DNA of 50,891 bases from Thelocarpon superellum. Lineage: Eukaryota. The stretch covers positions 1 through 50,891 of the forward strand of contig JAPEUG010000091.1 in the NCBI GenBank assembly GCA_026025795.1, in the 5' to 3' direction. The stretch's first letter is position 1. Every line of letters starts with the position of its first letter. Below are positions 23,401 to 34,587 of the stretch, piece after piece. A program made the position numbers and the translations under genes. Below the pieces are notes generated by a model. The model saw only the letters and a program-made list of their open reading frames with translations, did no database searches and was not told the DNA's origin.

Positions 23401-26108
23401 GGCAGTGGCGGTGGGTGGACTGTGGGCTGGAGCGGGGCTCCTCTGCAGTCCTAGCGTCTGGCGAGCGCACACGTCCCCATCCGATAATTTGGGAACGACG
23501 TTACTTTTCAACCAAACTTGTCAGAGGTGCGCCTATACCCTCCGTCCAGATGGTCAAGTATGGTAGGCAGCCAAAATACTTTTGCTCAAGTCCATCCATC
23601 CACACAACACCCATGCCCCATCTCCTCAGAGATGCCGCCCTGTCGGTGTGCTGTGTGATTGCTCGAATTATCGACAACGGTTGCATCACGCGGCACGCGC
23701 ACGCGGGGATCGGTCATCGGCCATCGGCCGGACGGAATGTGGGCATTTACTGCGGTCGGGATCTCATTCCATCTCGTGCGTTGTGTTGCCCCTCCATTCC
23801 CTCCCCCCCAGGCCTCCAGGAGACTTCCACTGTCAGACATGCCAGCCCGCCAGTACTTCCGTGCCACGCGACGGCTTACTGCGAGGTCGCTTGGATGGCT
23901 TGAATAAGCCGCGCATTCGCCTGGCCGCACACGCAGTTGCCGCTTCTCTGGGGCGAGCTGGCGCGTCGCAGCCAGGATAAAATGGCACTTTATCCTGCCG
24001 ATCGTCGAGTACCCGATAACTATGTATTGGCGCAGGTTGACTTGTAACTTTTGTGCCGTACCAGGATTTGCGTGCGCAACCCACCACCCTTCTCATCCCA
24101 AGTGAAGTAGTATTCGGACTTTCACCTATGCAGTCGTGCAAGCGGTCTTGACACATCCCGAGGCTACGAGTAATAGGCCCCAGCCACGCACTATACCCGA
24201 TATGCTCGCAGTGCTGCTGGTCGGTTATCCCCGCCCACGACGTGCATAGGTGCAACATTCACCCCCAGCCCCTCCGGCCCTTCCCAGTAAGTAGTGAGGC
24301 TAGTTAGTCATTCGCCATTCCGGTACACGAGCGGTAGAGGGCCAACCGGATGACAATCTTTACCAACGTCATGGTCATGCTGGGACGGCCGGGACAGAGA
24401 CACTGTCTCGGTCTGGGGCTATTTTGACCCTTCGGAATGCGGCATTGCAGGACACGGTGGGTTAGTGATGCCGTCACTTTGCCGCCTCTCACCCGTGTGG
24501 GGCTGATCACTGCACGAGGGTGCGTATCTGATTGAGTGCGCATGTGTGTCTGTCTCAGGCCAAGACTGGGATACGAGCCGGTCTGTCCGGCTGAACCAAG
24601 CCGCGCCGCAGCAAGGGCCACAACCGCCACCCGTACTGGTACTGCGCCGCGATTTGGCGTCATTCGCAAGCAATATCCAAGCAGGAATCTGGCAGGGATC
24701 TCCAATCGTCATCGCACGAAATAGAGCGTCATGGCTAAGAGCTACCAGTCGTATTCCCTGTAGCTCTTGGCGCAAATCTGCACGCATGCATTGAAGAGCG
24801 GGCAAGTTCGCATCACGCACGCATGGACACTGTGTGATGGGGTCCAGCCCGCGCATTGCCCACTTGACAAATTACGTCGCAATGCACGCGAGAGCTACCT
24901 ACTCCGCACTTAATTACCGGTAGGATAGTTGGTTCGTTATTCCAAATTGAACCGAACAGGAGGCATCCGCGTCTTTCCACCAGACACTGGTCGCCTGGCC
25001 GGACGAACGTCCCGATCATGCCGGTCGGAACGTGGGACATGGTACGTGGTGGTGTTTTGATTATGCCGGATCCTGCCTGCCTGCCAGTGCCGCGTGGTCG
25101 AACGGAAGCCGGTCGGCCGGTCGGTCGGGTATGAGTGGAACTCTGCCGCGTCGTTGTGGCGAAGGGGTAACAGATTGGTTTCAACTCTGCCAGGCGAGAA
25201 AGGGAGGAGGCGAGGCATGCGGGTGCACACGCGAGATCTACAACGGGGACGGGGTTCGGCGACGGCGACGTGTTTCACACGGTCTTTTGCCACTCCTATT
25301 CCTTTTGCTGACTGGCGTCAGTAGCGGCTGGGTAGAGACAGTAGCTAGGTAGCGATCTATCATCTTACCTCAGAGGTGAAGGACCCTCCTATCCGTGACC
25401 ATCTCAGAGAGGGTCGCAAGAAGAGAATTACAGGGGACGAGAAATTGATGCGAGTTATGGGGAGGAATCTACATGCCGTTCTCCAGGACGATTACGACGA
25501 CCGCGGTGCCATCTCATGTCATCTCATCTCGTCCTTCCTTTTCGCCTTTCGAGAAGCTTCGGAATTACGTGCGCAAGTGCTATGGCAAGGGCAAGTGCCG
25601 CACAGGGCAGGGTTTCGACGCCGTCGTCAAGGGACTGTAAGGAAATAGTTGCGCCACGCCGCGACGCCGTCGCCTGGTCCCGGGATTGCGTGGCCCTACG
25701 TCGTCTAGACCTGGCCGGCGCGAAGAAGGAGCCTCCTCTCATTTCAATTGCTTCTCTGGCCTGCCCCTCCTCCTTCTCCGCGGTGCTTCTGGTGCTTCTA
25801 GTGATTCTCTGCATCCGTACCACCTAGATCATGCGGGACCCTTGCCGGCTTTTCTACGTCACTCTGATCGTGATTGCGACGCGGTGACATTTTCATGTGC
25901 TGTGTGGATACCGTACTGAATCCGTCAGCGCAAACCGTGACATCTCATCGTAGTCTTCACGAGGACAAAGGCGGCAAAGGCCGCGTAGGCGATATCTTTG
26001 AGGGGATATTCATTAATATTCATCTTCACTGTCATTCGTTACGGTCGTTAGATGTCGTAAAGTATATACATGAACACATGACATGAACATAACATATGTA
26101 CGCAGACG

Positions 26109-27687
26109 CTATCGATAGCCTCGTAAGAAGGGAAGGTCGAGCTCGATGCTGACTCGCCGTAAGGGGAGACCCTTTTCAATGTCTTGCCACGTCGTTCGGT
26201 ATTGATTTCGGTCGTAGATGGGCTCGATGTCTCTCATGCCGAACTTCTCGTCTTGTTTCAACAGAGGCGACATGCTCTGTGAATGACTGAGAGAGAAGGA
26301 CCGCGAGTGAGGCGTCATGATCTCTTGGTTGAGTAGGGTTGGATCGCTCTGGAACGCGGTCATGTCGAAGGAATCGCCGTTGGGGTGGCTGGGCCAGGAA
26401 ATCTTCAACTTCGACCACCGACTGCTGTGGCTGTCGCTGTAGCCGCCGCTCGAGAATCCGAATCGTTGCATGAAGAGGCTGCGAAGACTCGGGAGACATG
26501 CGCAGATGATGCCAAAGCAGCATTCCACGTTGGTCCAGTTCATAAGATTGACACCATCCCCTATCGCGATCGATCAGCACCGGCGCCCGCGGGGGATAGG
26601 CACGGGTAGCTTACAGGTTGGGTCGGTGGTAGTGCCGACAAGCACCCACATGTATTTGAGTCGCACAATACTTGCGATGGTGGTCCTGTTTCACTCCAAG
26701 TCAGCCCGGGGACCTCTTCCGGCGTTTCCTGGTCGTGGGAGGCAAGCGCACGTACACAACCCCAATGAGGAAGATGAACAAGATCCCAAACTTCTCTCCT
26801 CTCCTCATCTTGAGCTTCAGTACGATCGGGACCGGGAGGAGCAGGAGGATCAGATCCGTAAAGACATTGAGACCACCGTTGAAGTTGTAGTACACCTCCG
26901 TGTCAAAGCAGGTGCCGGCGCCGCCGATCGCGCGATCCCAAAAATAGCTGATGGGGTTGCAGGTGAAGAGGGCGGCGAAGAAGGCGCCCGTGAACCACAT
27001 CACCATGAGCGTTCCCAGGACCCACAGAAAGACGCGGACCCGATGGATGGGGAAGACGCGGTGGTAGAACATCAGAACCGACACCTTGGTGAGGGGAAAT
27101 TGGAGGGCGTAGATGATCTGGGTGACGTAGGAGTTCTGTACGACCACATCTTAGCACCTCGCGCCGAACGCCTGAGCCGGACAACTCACGATCAAGAAGC
27201 TGCGCGTCTCGGGAATGCCGATGATGATGGCATGTCTTCCCAGGCCCTTCTTGAACACTGCGCGGCCAGTGGTCAGTCGAGCGTCCTGACGAAGTGAACG
27301 AAGCGCAACTCACTGATGCTGGTGTTAATCAAGTTGCCCAGTGCGATGAACTGCATGCTCGTCAGAGGGACCAGCACCTCGCGAGGCGCGCAGAGGAGCG
27401 CCTACCAGGCAGAGACCGATGAGGTAGTCGTCCTTGGCCAGCTGCACGCTTGCAAAGCGCCGCGCTTGGAATCGGAAGAAGACGGCCAGGGCAGCGAGGG
27501 AGAAGAGGACGACATTGACGGCCAAGGCCTCGGGGCCGCGGTTGTCCGACGGATGCGCAAACTGGTATTCGATGTTCGCGAGACCCTCGGGCGTCAGGCT
27601 CGCGATCTGGGCGGGCGTGATGCCGGCCAGCGCGTCCGACGGGATGGGAGGCAGCGAGCTGAGCGGAGGCAGCTGGAGGCCGGCCAT
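26109..27687 (-). CDS. PTH11-like (fungal rhodopsin-domain, non-CFEM) integral membrane protein; six exons
   Basis: Exons 27687-27406, 27350-27314, 27257-27190, 27135-26756, 26685-26615 and 26560-26109. Motifs AVFFRFQARR..LAKDDYLI, GLGRH, LTKVSVLMFYHRVF, FTCNPISYFWD, NVFTDLILLLLPVPIVLKLKM, IASIVRL, DPTWD and WTNVECCFGIICACLPSLR. Confidence 0.92.
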
Positions 27688-28227
27688 GGTCGACGTCGGC
27701 GATGCGGTCGACGACGCATGGGCCACCTGGGTCGGCTCCGTGAGGATGCCGGCGGCGTGGCGTGGGCCATGTTTATAACGGCGGCATCGACAGAGCAACG
27801 TGCATGACCCGAGTCGATCTCATCTCGTCCCGTCTCCACCACCGCTAGTGCGCTGGAGGGGGACTAGTCGAAACGTGAGACCAGGGGAAGAGGGGACACG
27901 GGCCACTGGAGGGGAGCCGTAATGTCGCTGGACTCTATGCAGAGCAGCAACTGCTGCAAGACAGGTCACACACCCACCGTGCCCGGATGCGCTTCCCGTA
28001 ATCTAACCAAGGCCAACGGAGCCTCCAACAGCGTATCAGGGTGCGATGGCTTTATCGCTCGAGCGCACCGCACCGGCGGTGTTATCGGCCAGGATGCAGC
28101 CGGCTCATCTACGCACGACTCGGTCAGGACTTGGCCATCGCATCCTCTCAGGGCGACGATCAGTCGCAGTTCATCATCAGGTCGGGGTGTCCGATGCAAC
28201 CTCGGCGCAGGTACAGGTATCCCCCTT

Positions 28228-28257
28228 CTCCTCCTCCTCCTCCTCCTCCTCCTCCTC
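28228..28257 (+). repeat. (CTC)10 microsatellite
   Basis: Seen directly. Confidence 0.95.
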
Positions 28258-28737
28258 CGTCTCCTCTTTCTTCCCGTGTCCGGCTGGCCAGGCGTTGTGT
28301 AAGTAACTTTGGCGGCGCCTCGGTTGCAGATACCGACATCGAGCGAGGGCCGATGGTGCTGTGATCGACGGTGGGAGGCAGAGGACACGAGCCCTCCCAC
28401 CTTTCGGCTGCCAACCGACCCCAGTGCGGATCGCTCAGGCACTATGTCCGTGCGGCCCTCGTGGGCTACCCGCTCCTCGCTCCCTCCTCCTCGGCGCTGG
28501 TGGGCGACCGTACGAGGAACAAGGGTGAGGTATAACGACCAAGATATAGGGAGCCGCGACGAACACGTAACGGCTGGCTCGATGGGGCATGGGAGTCCGT
28601 AGCGCGATAAACCCCCGATGCCGAGCACGAGTATTCTGCCTGCCCGGGAGCGCTATCAGCACGCAAGACACCACGCACGACACTGGAGTGGTCCAAGGTG
28701 CGCCTCGCGCGTGGCGCTGCGATCACTCGCCAGAATG

Positions 28738-28786
28738 ACTCGCACTCGCATTCGCACTCGCATTCGCACTCGCCTTCGCACTCGCA
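28738..28786 (+). repeat. Hexamer microsatellite (TCGCAC/TCGCAT, about 8 copies)
   Basis: Seen directly. Confidence 0.9.
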
Positions 28787-29402
28787 GGCGGGCGGGACTT
28801 TTCCCCACCCACCATCCGATACGTGAAACGCGTCGTGGGTGGCGAAACCAATTGCTTCTCTCGGACTTGGCCCACCAACTAGAGAATGGCTGGGGGCCGA
28901 AACATCCGACCGGTGCGGCGTGGGCCAGATGCGAGCGGTGCGAATCCAGAGCGAACCCGCTAGGAGCCCGTAAGAACGAGCGCCAGTTGGTGCGTCGATC
29001 CACCCACCGCCCCACCACCCCAGCCCCTTAACCGGTCCCGGGCGGGTTGGCACCACAATTGCGCCACTGGAGCGTGCGAGGTGCACCGCGCACGCTATCG
29101 GCCGTCGCTTCGATCAATCAGATTGTTCACTGGCGCCCGGACAATTCCAGGTTTACTGTCCGGGTAGTGCGCCTCGGTGAAGACTTCCCGGCCCACACAT
29201 TGCGGTCGCGCCAATCAAGGTCCAGCAGGCTTCAGTGTGCACGGGTGACATCGACTTGCGCCTTTGGGCCATAAGCAATCTTCTCTATCATCCGCTCTTT
29301 GTCGCCCGCACCGTCGTGCCTGTGGCCAGGTCTACACGCGTTCACGTCCGCTATTGACGGTTTGAAGACGCTTCGGTCACTGCTTCGTCAAGCAGCCGGG
29401 CG

Positions 29403-31243
29403 CTATTTGAACTGATCCTCCGTCACCCCCTTCCCCATCGCACTAGTGCTGCTCACCCCGCCAGTCACCATTTTCAGCATGTTGTCAACGTAGTTGGCCC
29501 CGCTCCATTTCTGGTGCGTTACCACGTCGATCTTAGCCTCCATCTCAGGTTCCTGCACCAGCTCGCCATAGGCACGCATGCCTTGCTTCGAGTAGGCCTG
29601 CGCGAACCGGTCCGAGATGAGCGCGGTCGTGTGGAGACCAGCCAGCGTGATGAATTGCCAGCAGTACCCAAGCTTGGCCAGCCGCTTAATGTACGTCTCC
29701 TGGTCGTGCCGGGGCATGGCAGTCTTCCAGTTGAAGGACGGAGACAGATTATACGCGAGCCTGCGTGGACCCATTAGCGCCAAGGTCGGACAACATCGCG
29801 GCGACGGGTATCACCACTGACTTTTGCTCGGGCCAGACGGCGTGCACACCCTTCGCAAATTCTTCCGCCTGCTGATAGTCGGGCAGCTTGCTCTCCATCC
29901 AGATTAGGTCAGCGTACGGGGCGAAGGCAATGGCGCGGTTGATTGCGCAGCCGCAGCCGCCCTGGTAGCGGTAGAAACCCTCGCGCGTCCGCGGACACTC
30001 CCAGTCCCAATAAATATCGACGCCAGTGATCCCTTTCGCGATCGCACGGGCTTCGGCATTGCTCTTGCCCTTGGCCGTCTCGAGGTACTCTCGAACGAGG
30101 CCCTTCTTGTTCACATGCACGCCAGCGTTAATGGTATCCACCACAGCATCGCCGAACAGCTTCAGACCCGCTTGCGCATTCCATTGGTCCTCGATGGCTT
30201 GAAGGTCGTCCCCCGATTTTCCGGCCTGTTCCGCCGCGACCATGAGATCATTCAGCGGCTGAAGGGCCGGGTTAGTCGAGCCCAAGATGAACGCGTGGTC
30301 TCGCTGGTCAATCGTCGACGTGATGAGCGTCGCAGCTTCCGAGTCGGTCCGCGCAACGGCAAGCAGATCGGTGCCTAGACATGGCTTCGCGTCAGCGCCG
30401 TCGTCCCCTCCAATCCGGAAGGCTCCCGACCCATGATATCCGCTTGAGCTCGAATGGCCACCAGACGATTGATATGCTCGCTGATGGGCACGAGCACCTT
30501 GCCGGCCATATGCCCACACTTCTTGGTGCCAGGCGCTTGGTCCTCAATGTGGATACCAGCCGCGCCCTTCTCGATGAAGAGCTTCGTCAACTTCATGACG
30601 GCCGTCAGTCCGCCATGACCCGTGTCGGCGTCGGCAACAATGGGTCGCAAGAAGTCGGTGTTGGCCACCTGGCCTCGCTTGGATTTTGGGGTCGTCAATC
30701 GCTCCTCACGCTGCTTCCGGTCGTGGAAGAGCTGGGCCATGAAGAGGTGCTGGACCTTGTTGGGCACCGTGTTCTATCCAATGTCAGCCTCGAAGGCACA
30801 TGGCATCTCGGCACATGGCTGACCATGGGGTAATCGGCAAGGTCTGGAGAGGGCTCGTCGGTCGAGGAGGCGGTGGAGGAGCATTGCCAGCCGGAGACGT
30901 AGACGGTATCCAAGTACTTGGCCATCTGCGTGACCATGACGGGGTCCAGACATCCGTAGGTGAAGCTCGCGTCGGCATCCTGATCGGCGAGACGAGGGTC
31001 AGCCGGCGGCGCCGTCACGCATTGGCGCTCGACACCTACCTTGAAGCGTGCCTCGAGGATGTTCCACAGCTTCTTGCTTTGCGCATTGCTGGGATACTCA
31101 ATCTTCATATTGCCCCGCTTGGCCACGATCTGTTCGGCGGTGAACGGTCTTTTCGTCTGGCGCCAACGGGAGCCCGTCCACCATTGTTTCACGGCGGCCA
31201 CATCCGCGTGGTAGGCCTGCTCCTCGTGTTCCAGGGAAGCCAT
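29403..31243 (-). CDS. ICL1: Isocitrate lyase (glyoxylate cycle); five exons
   Basis: Exons 31243-31040, 30979-30824, 30773-30431, 30374-29822 and 29760-29403. Motifs [28 protein letters not shown], catalytic [17 protein letters not shown] and terminal [10 protein letters not shown]. Confidence 0.98.
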
Positions 31244-31403
31244 GTTGGGGCGTTGCGAGATGGAGGATGGGACGAGGGGAAAACGAGGAGTCACGATTAC
31301 TCTAGAGACAGGCTACGATGACAGCATCAACGTTGGTCGAAGTGGGGTCATGGAAAGGAAAGATCGAATATCGCATAGCGTTTGGAGCCAGTGCCCGCGC
31401 CCG

Positions 31404-31830
31404 CTCGGCCGAGGGGCACCGGGTTTGGCCGAGGAAGTTGGCTACGGCACATGACACGCGACCTCCGCTTCTCTCAGGGACCCGCCCAATCTCTGCCCCG
31501 ATCCAGCCCGGTCAAGGCGGACGTGGCCGTGGGACGACATGCGGCCCCGTCATTCTCATGATGTGCCGCGCCCAGCGTCCATGCCGCTGAGGTTGCTACA
31601 GCTCTTGCTCTTGCTGCAAGAATGGGCCTGCATGTGGGGAATGCTCCGAGCGAGGCGATTTGCATGTGATTTGCCCCTCCGCAACTCGCCGAGTCGCTTC
31701 CGAGGCCAGCCGAGGTGATCCGTGCGTTTCGCTTTGCTCTCCTACCTGAGCAGCGGCAAGGGTGCTCACGGTCAGGTGATGACGATGACTTAATCACGTG
31801 ATCCTCATCCGAATCAGCCCCACCCTGGAG
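31404..31830 (-). promoter_or_regulatory. ICL promoter with four CCTCGG (FarA/FarB/Ctf1-type) sites and several SYGGRG (CreA-type) sites
   Basis: On the + strand, CCGAGG occurs at 31409, 31429, 31700 and 31710. CreA-type matches are GTGGGG 31634, CCCCAC 31818 and CTGGAG 31825. This fits the known fatty-acid induction and carbon catabolite repression of fungal ICL genes, but short motifs are common in GC-rich DNA. Confidence 0.55.
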
Positions 31831-32141
31831 CTTCCCGATTTGCTTGAGCGGTAAAGTTGTGCGTAAGCTAATTTGAGTGCTATTGCGGCCGAGCTCGTAC
31901 GCCAAACTCAAGACATGGATGTAGGCTCCTAAAACGCTTGAAAACAAGAAAAGCCGTGCTTGAGGGTATCACCAGGGGCTTTGAAAATCTCCCACCCGCA
32001 ACTTGATATCTATCTTCATGAGTTCATTTCCGGTCATACCCAACGTTTTGACGGCCGGTCACCCAACCGTGTTGTCCTGGAGGTGCAAGAGCTCTTTGAT
32101 CGTCGTCAACACCCTTGCTTCTTGATTTGCACGGCACACCG

Positions 32142-34587
32142 TCAGATGGAAAGCGCCTCCAGCTCGGATTTCGTCGCCTTGCTAAAGGTCTCGTAGGGCG
32201 TACATGCGCCAAGGGCACGCTTCATGTGCGCTCGCACGATTTCTAGGCCGTACACATAGCTTGCGTTGACCCAGCCGAAACTACCACATCCCGAATATCA
32301 GCTACGGGCCTCAAGCTCACGGAGAGGATTGCTACTCACCCTTCTCGCGCGACGCCTTTGAAGTCGCCACCCTGATTGCCATATTCCGCCTCGACCTTGT
32401 GCGGATCCACGGGCCGGGTGACGTCGTATTTCTCGACCACGACGCCATTGAAGTCGACAAAGGCTTTGGTGATCATGAAAAGCCATTTGTACGCCAGTCG
32501 CTCGGCGTCTTCTTGATAGCCGTAGCGGAGCAAGCCTGTCCATGCGAGCATCTGCTGGGGCGCCCATCCGTAGGGAAAGTCCCACTGGCGGTTGGGTCGG
32601 TCCAAACCGATGACACCGCGCGACTGCTCCGTTCCGGACACCAGACCGCCGTAAGCTTCAAACTTGGGCAGGGCCCGCGAGACCAGTAGAGAGGCCTGTC
32701 GCGGGGATGCGAGGCCTGCCCACATGGACCAAAAGGTCGTCGCGCTCTCGTACGACGTCTGACGCTGTTCGACCGTGTCGTAGTCAAAGTACATGCCTTC
32801 AGCCTCGTTCCAGAGATACCTGTCTATGGCGGCCTTGCGCTTCTTCGCCCGTCGGTCCCACACGGCCGATGTCTCGACCTGGCCCTCCTTCATCCCGCGC
32901 GCCCGGAATTCGGCCGGGATCGCGAGCTTATCCCCAAAGATGCTGTGAATCGTGCGAGAAATGTCGGTCTCGTACTTGTAGAGCAGGGCATTCAGATCAA
33001 TGGTGGCGAGGTTGGCGCAGACACGCTCGAGTCGATAGGACGTGTCGTGACCCGACTCTCGCACCGCACGGTCGTGCAAAAAGTACTCGTCTAGTTCGGA
33101 CTCTTGCACCTGGCCATGGTTGTAGGCCTGCACGAAATCGTTGAAGGACATGTTGTGCTTCTCCGCGTAGGGCTCGAGAAGGTGGGTGAAATGCGATGCC
33201 TCTGTCTCGGGCGGCACACCCAGCCCGGCCGGCCGGTATCGCGAGAGTCCCGTGGTCGGGTCGAGTCTCGGTTCGGTCATCCATACCTGGTGGTACTCCT
33301 TGATGGCGGCCAAGAGGGCGGTGCGGAGGAAGTCCACGGCACCGGGTTCGTGCTTGATCCTTTCATAGACGCGCAATGCCATGTCGGTGAGGAAGGGAGG
33401 TTGTGAGCGGCAAAGATAGTACGAGCGGTTGGCGTTGAGGATCTTGCCGTAGTGTTCGATGCAAAAGCAAAAGTTGCGCACCATGGATTGGGCCAAGTCG
33501 ACACGATCATTGACCAACAGACCCAGGGACTCCATGTAGCTGTCCCAACCATAGAGCTCATTGAAGCGTCCTCCGGGGACGACAAAGGGGACCCCCTTCA
33601 TGTCTTTCTCTCCCGTCTTGGGATTGACGTGCTCATCCATCGCCACGGCCAGGAGCCCGGGCTTCGCATTGAGATCCCTCACATATTCGGAGGTGATCTC
33701 GCCTACCGGCAGCCACTGCACATCGAGACGCAGTTCAGGCTGTTCTTTAGCCACGCGAAGATAGTAGGCGTGTTGTTCCGGAGCGCCTCGGGGCACGTAA
33801 ATCCGTGGCCGAGGGTCATTGGTCCAATCTTTGGGATCGCGGCCCACTTTCTCGATGACGGAGGCATCGATGCGTCGAGTCAAGCCATCCCAGAAGGAAT
33901 GCTTGATCAAACGCGAGAGGCGGCTAACAGGATTCTCGTTCAGACGCGACTCATCCAAGATGACGTTCGTCCTCCCGAAGTCTTTGGCGAGGGTCAGCTC
34001 TTGCAGCAAGTTGGACAACATGTAGGTGGTGCGGATGTCAAATCGGTTGTGCCCGCCCGAGCCGACCGTGCCCAAGGAGATGATCTATGCGACGGTGTCA
34101 GCGTGGTGTTCTAGGTCAGCGTGACGCAAGGTGAGGCACCTTCGGGCCACCATCTTCTATGGTGATTTGCATATTGTGGTCGGTATCCTCGCTGGCCAGC
34201 AGCTTTTCGAGCGTAGCGTCGACATTGATAAGAAACCGTCGTGGCAAGTAGGAGGCCTCATCTGCCAAAGCATCAGTTACGAGCACCGTTAGACGTCAGG
34301 ATCCCACTCACCATGGCTGCCTCGTCGACGGCGAACCTCAGTGAGCGGAGGGCCTTCCTGTTTCCTCTCGCCGTTCAGGTGTATGGACTACCTCTTGTCA
34401 GGACATGTCATTGAACACGGGCGTTGTTGGACGGCGCAGAGGGTCATATGGGCTCACGCACGGTCGAGAAAGTCCTCGTCCGTTTGATCTTATGGTCTGC
34501 GTCATCGCCATAATAAATACTCGCGTCGGAGAAGGGATCGGAGTCGCTTGGAATTCTTCGATGCGATGTGGGCACTGGCGCACTCAT
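32142..34587 (-). CDS. NTH1: Neutral trehalase (GH37); five exons
   Basis: Exons 34587-34462, 34387-34312, 34261-34140, 34084-32340 and 32280-32142. PKA-type motifs RTRTFS and RRGSHD, Ca-binding [51 protein letters not shown] and EGFGWVNAS. Confidence 0.98.

Noticed and set aside
26470..27297. 275-aa plus-strand ORF
   Set aside because: Antisense to the PTH11-like exons.
29385..29405. Possible stop-codon readthrough of ICL to a cryptic peroxisomal PTS1
   Set aside because: The extension after TAG reads RPAA*, which is not an SKL-like signal.
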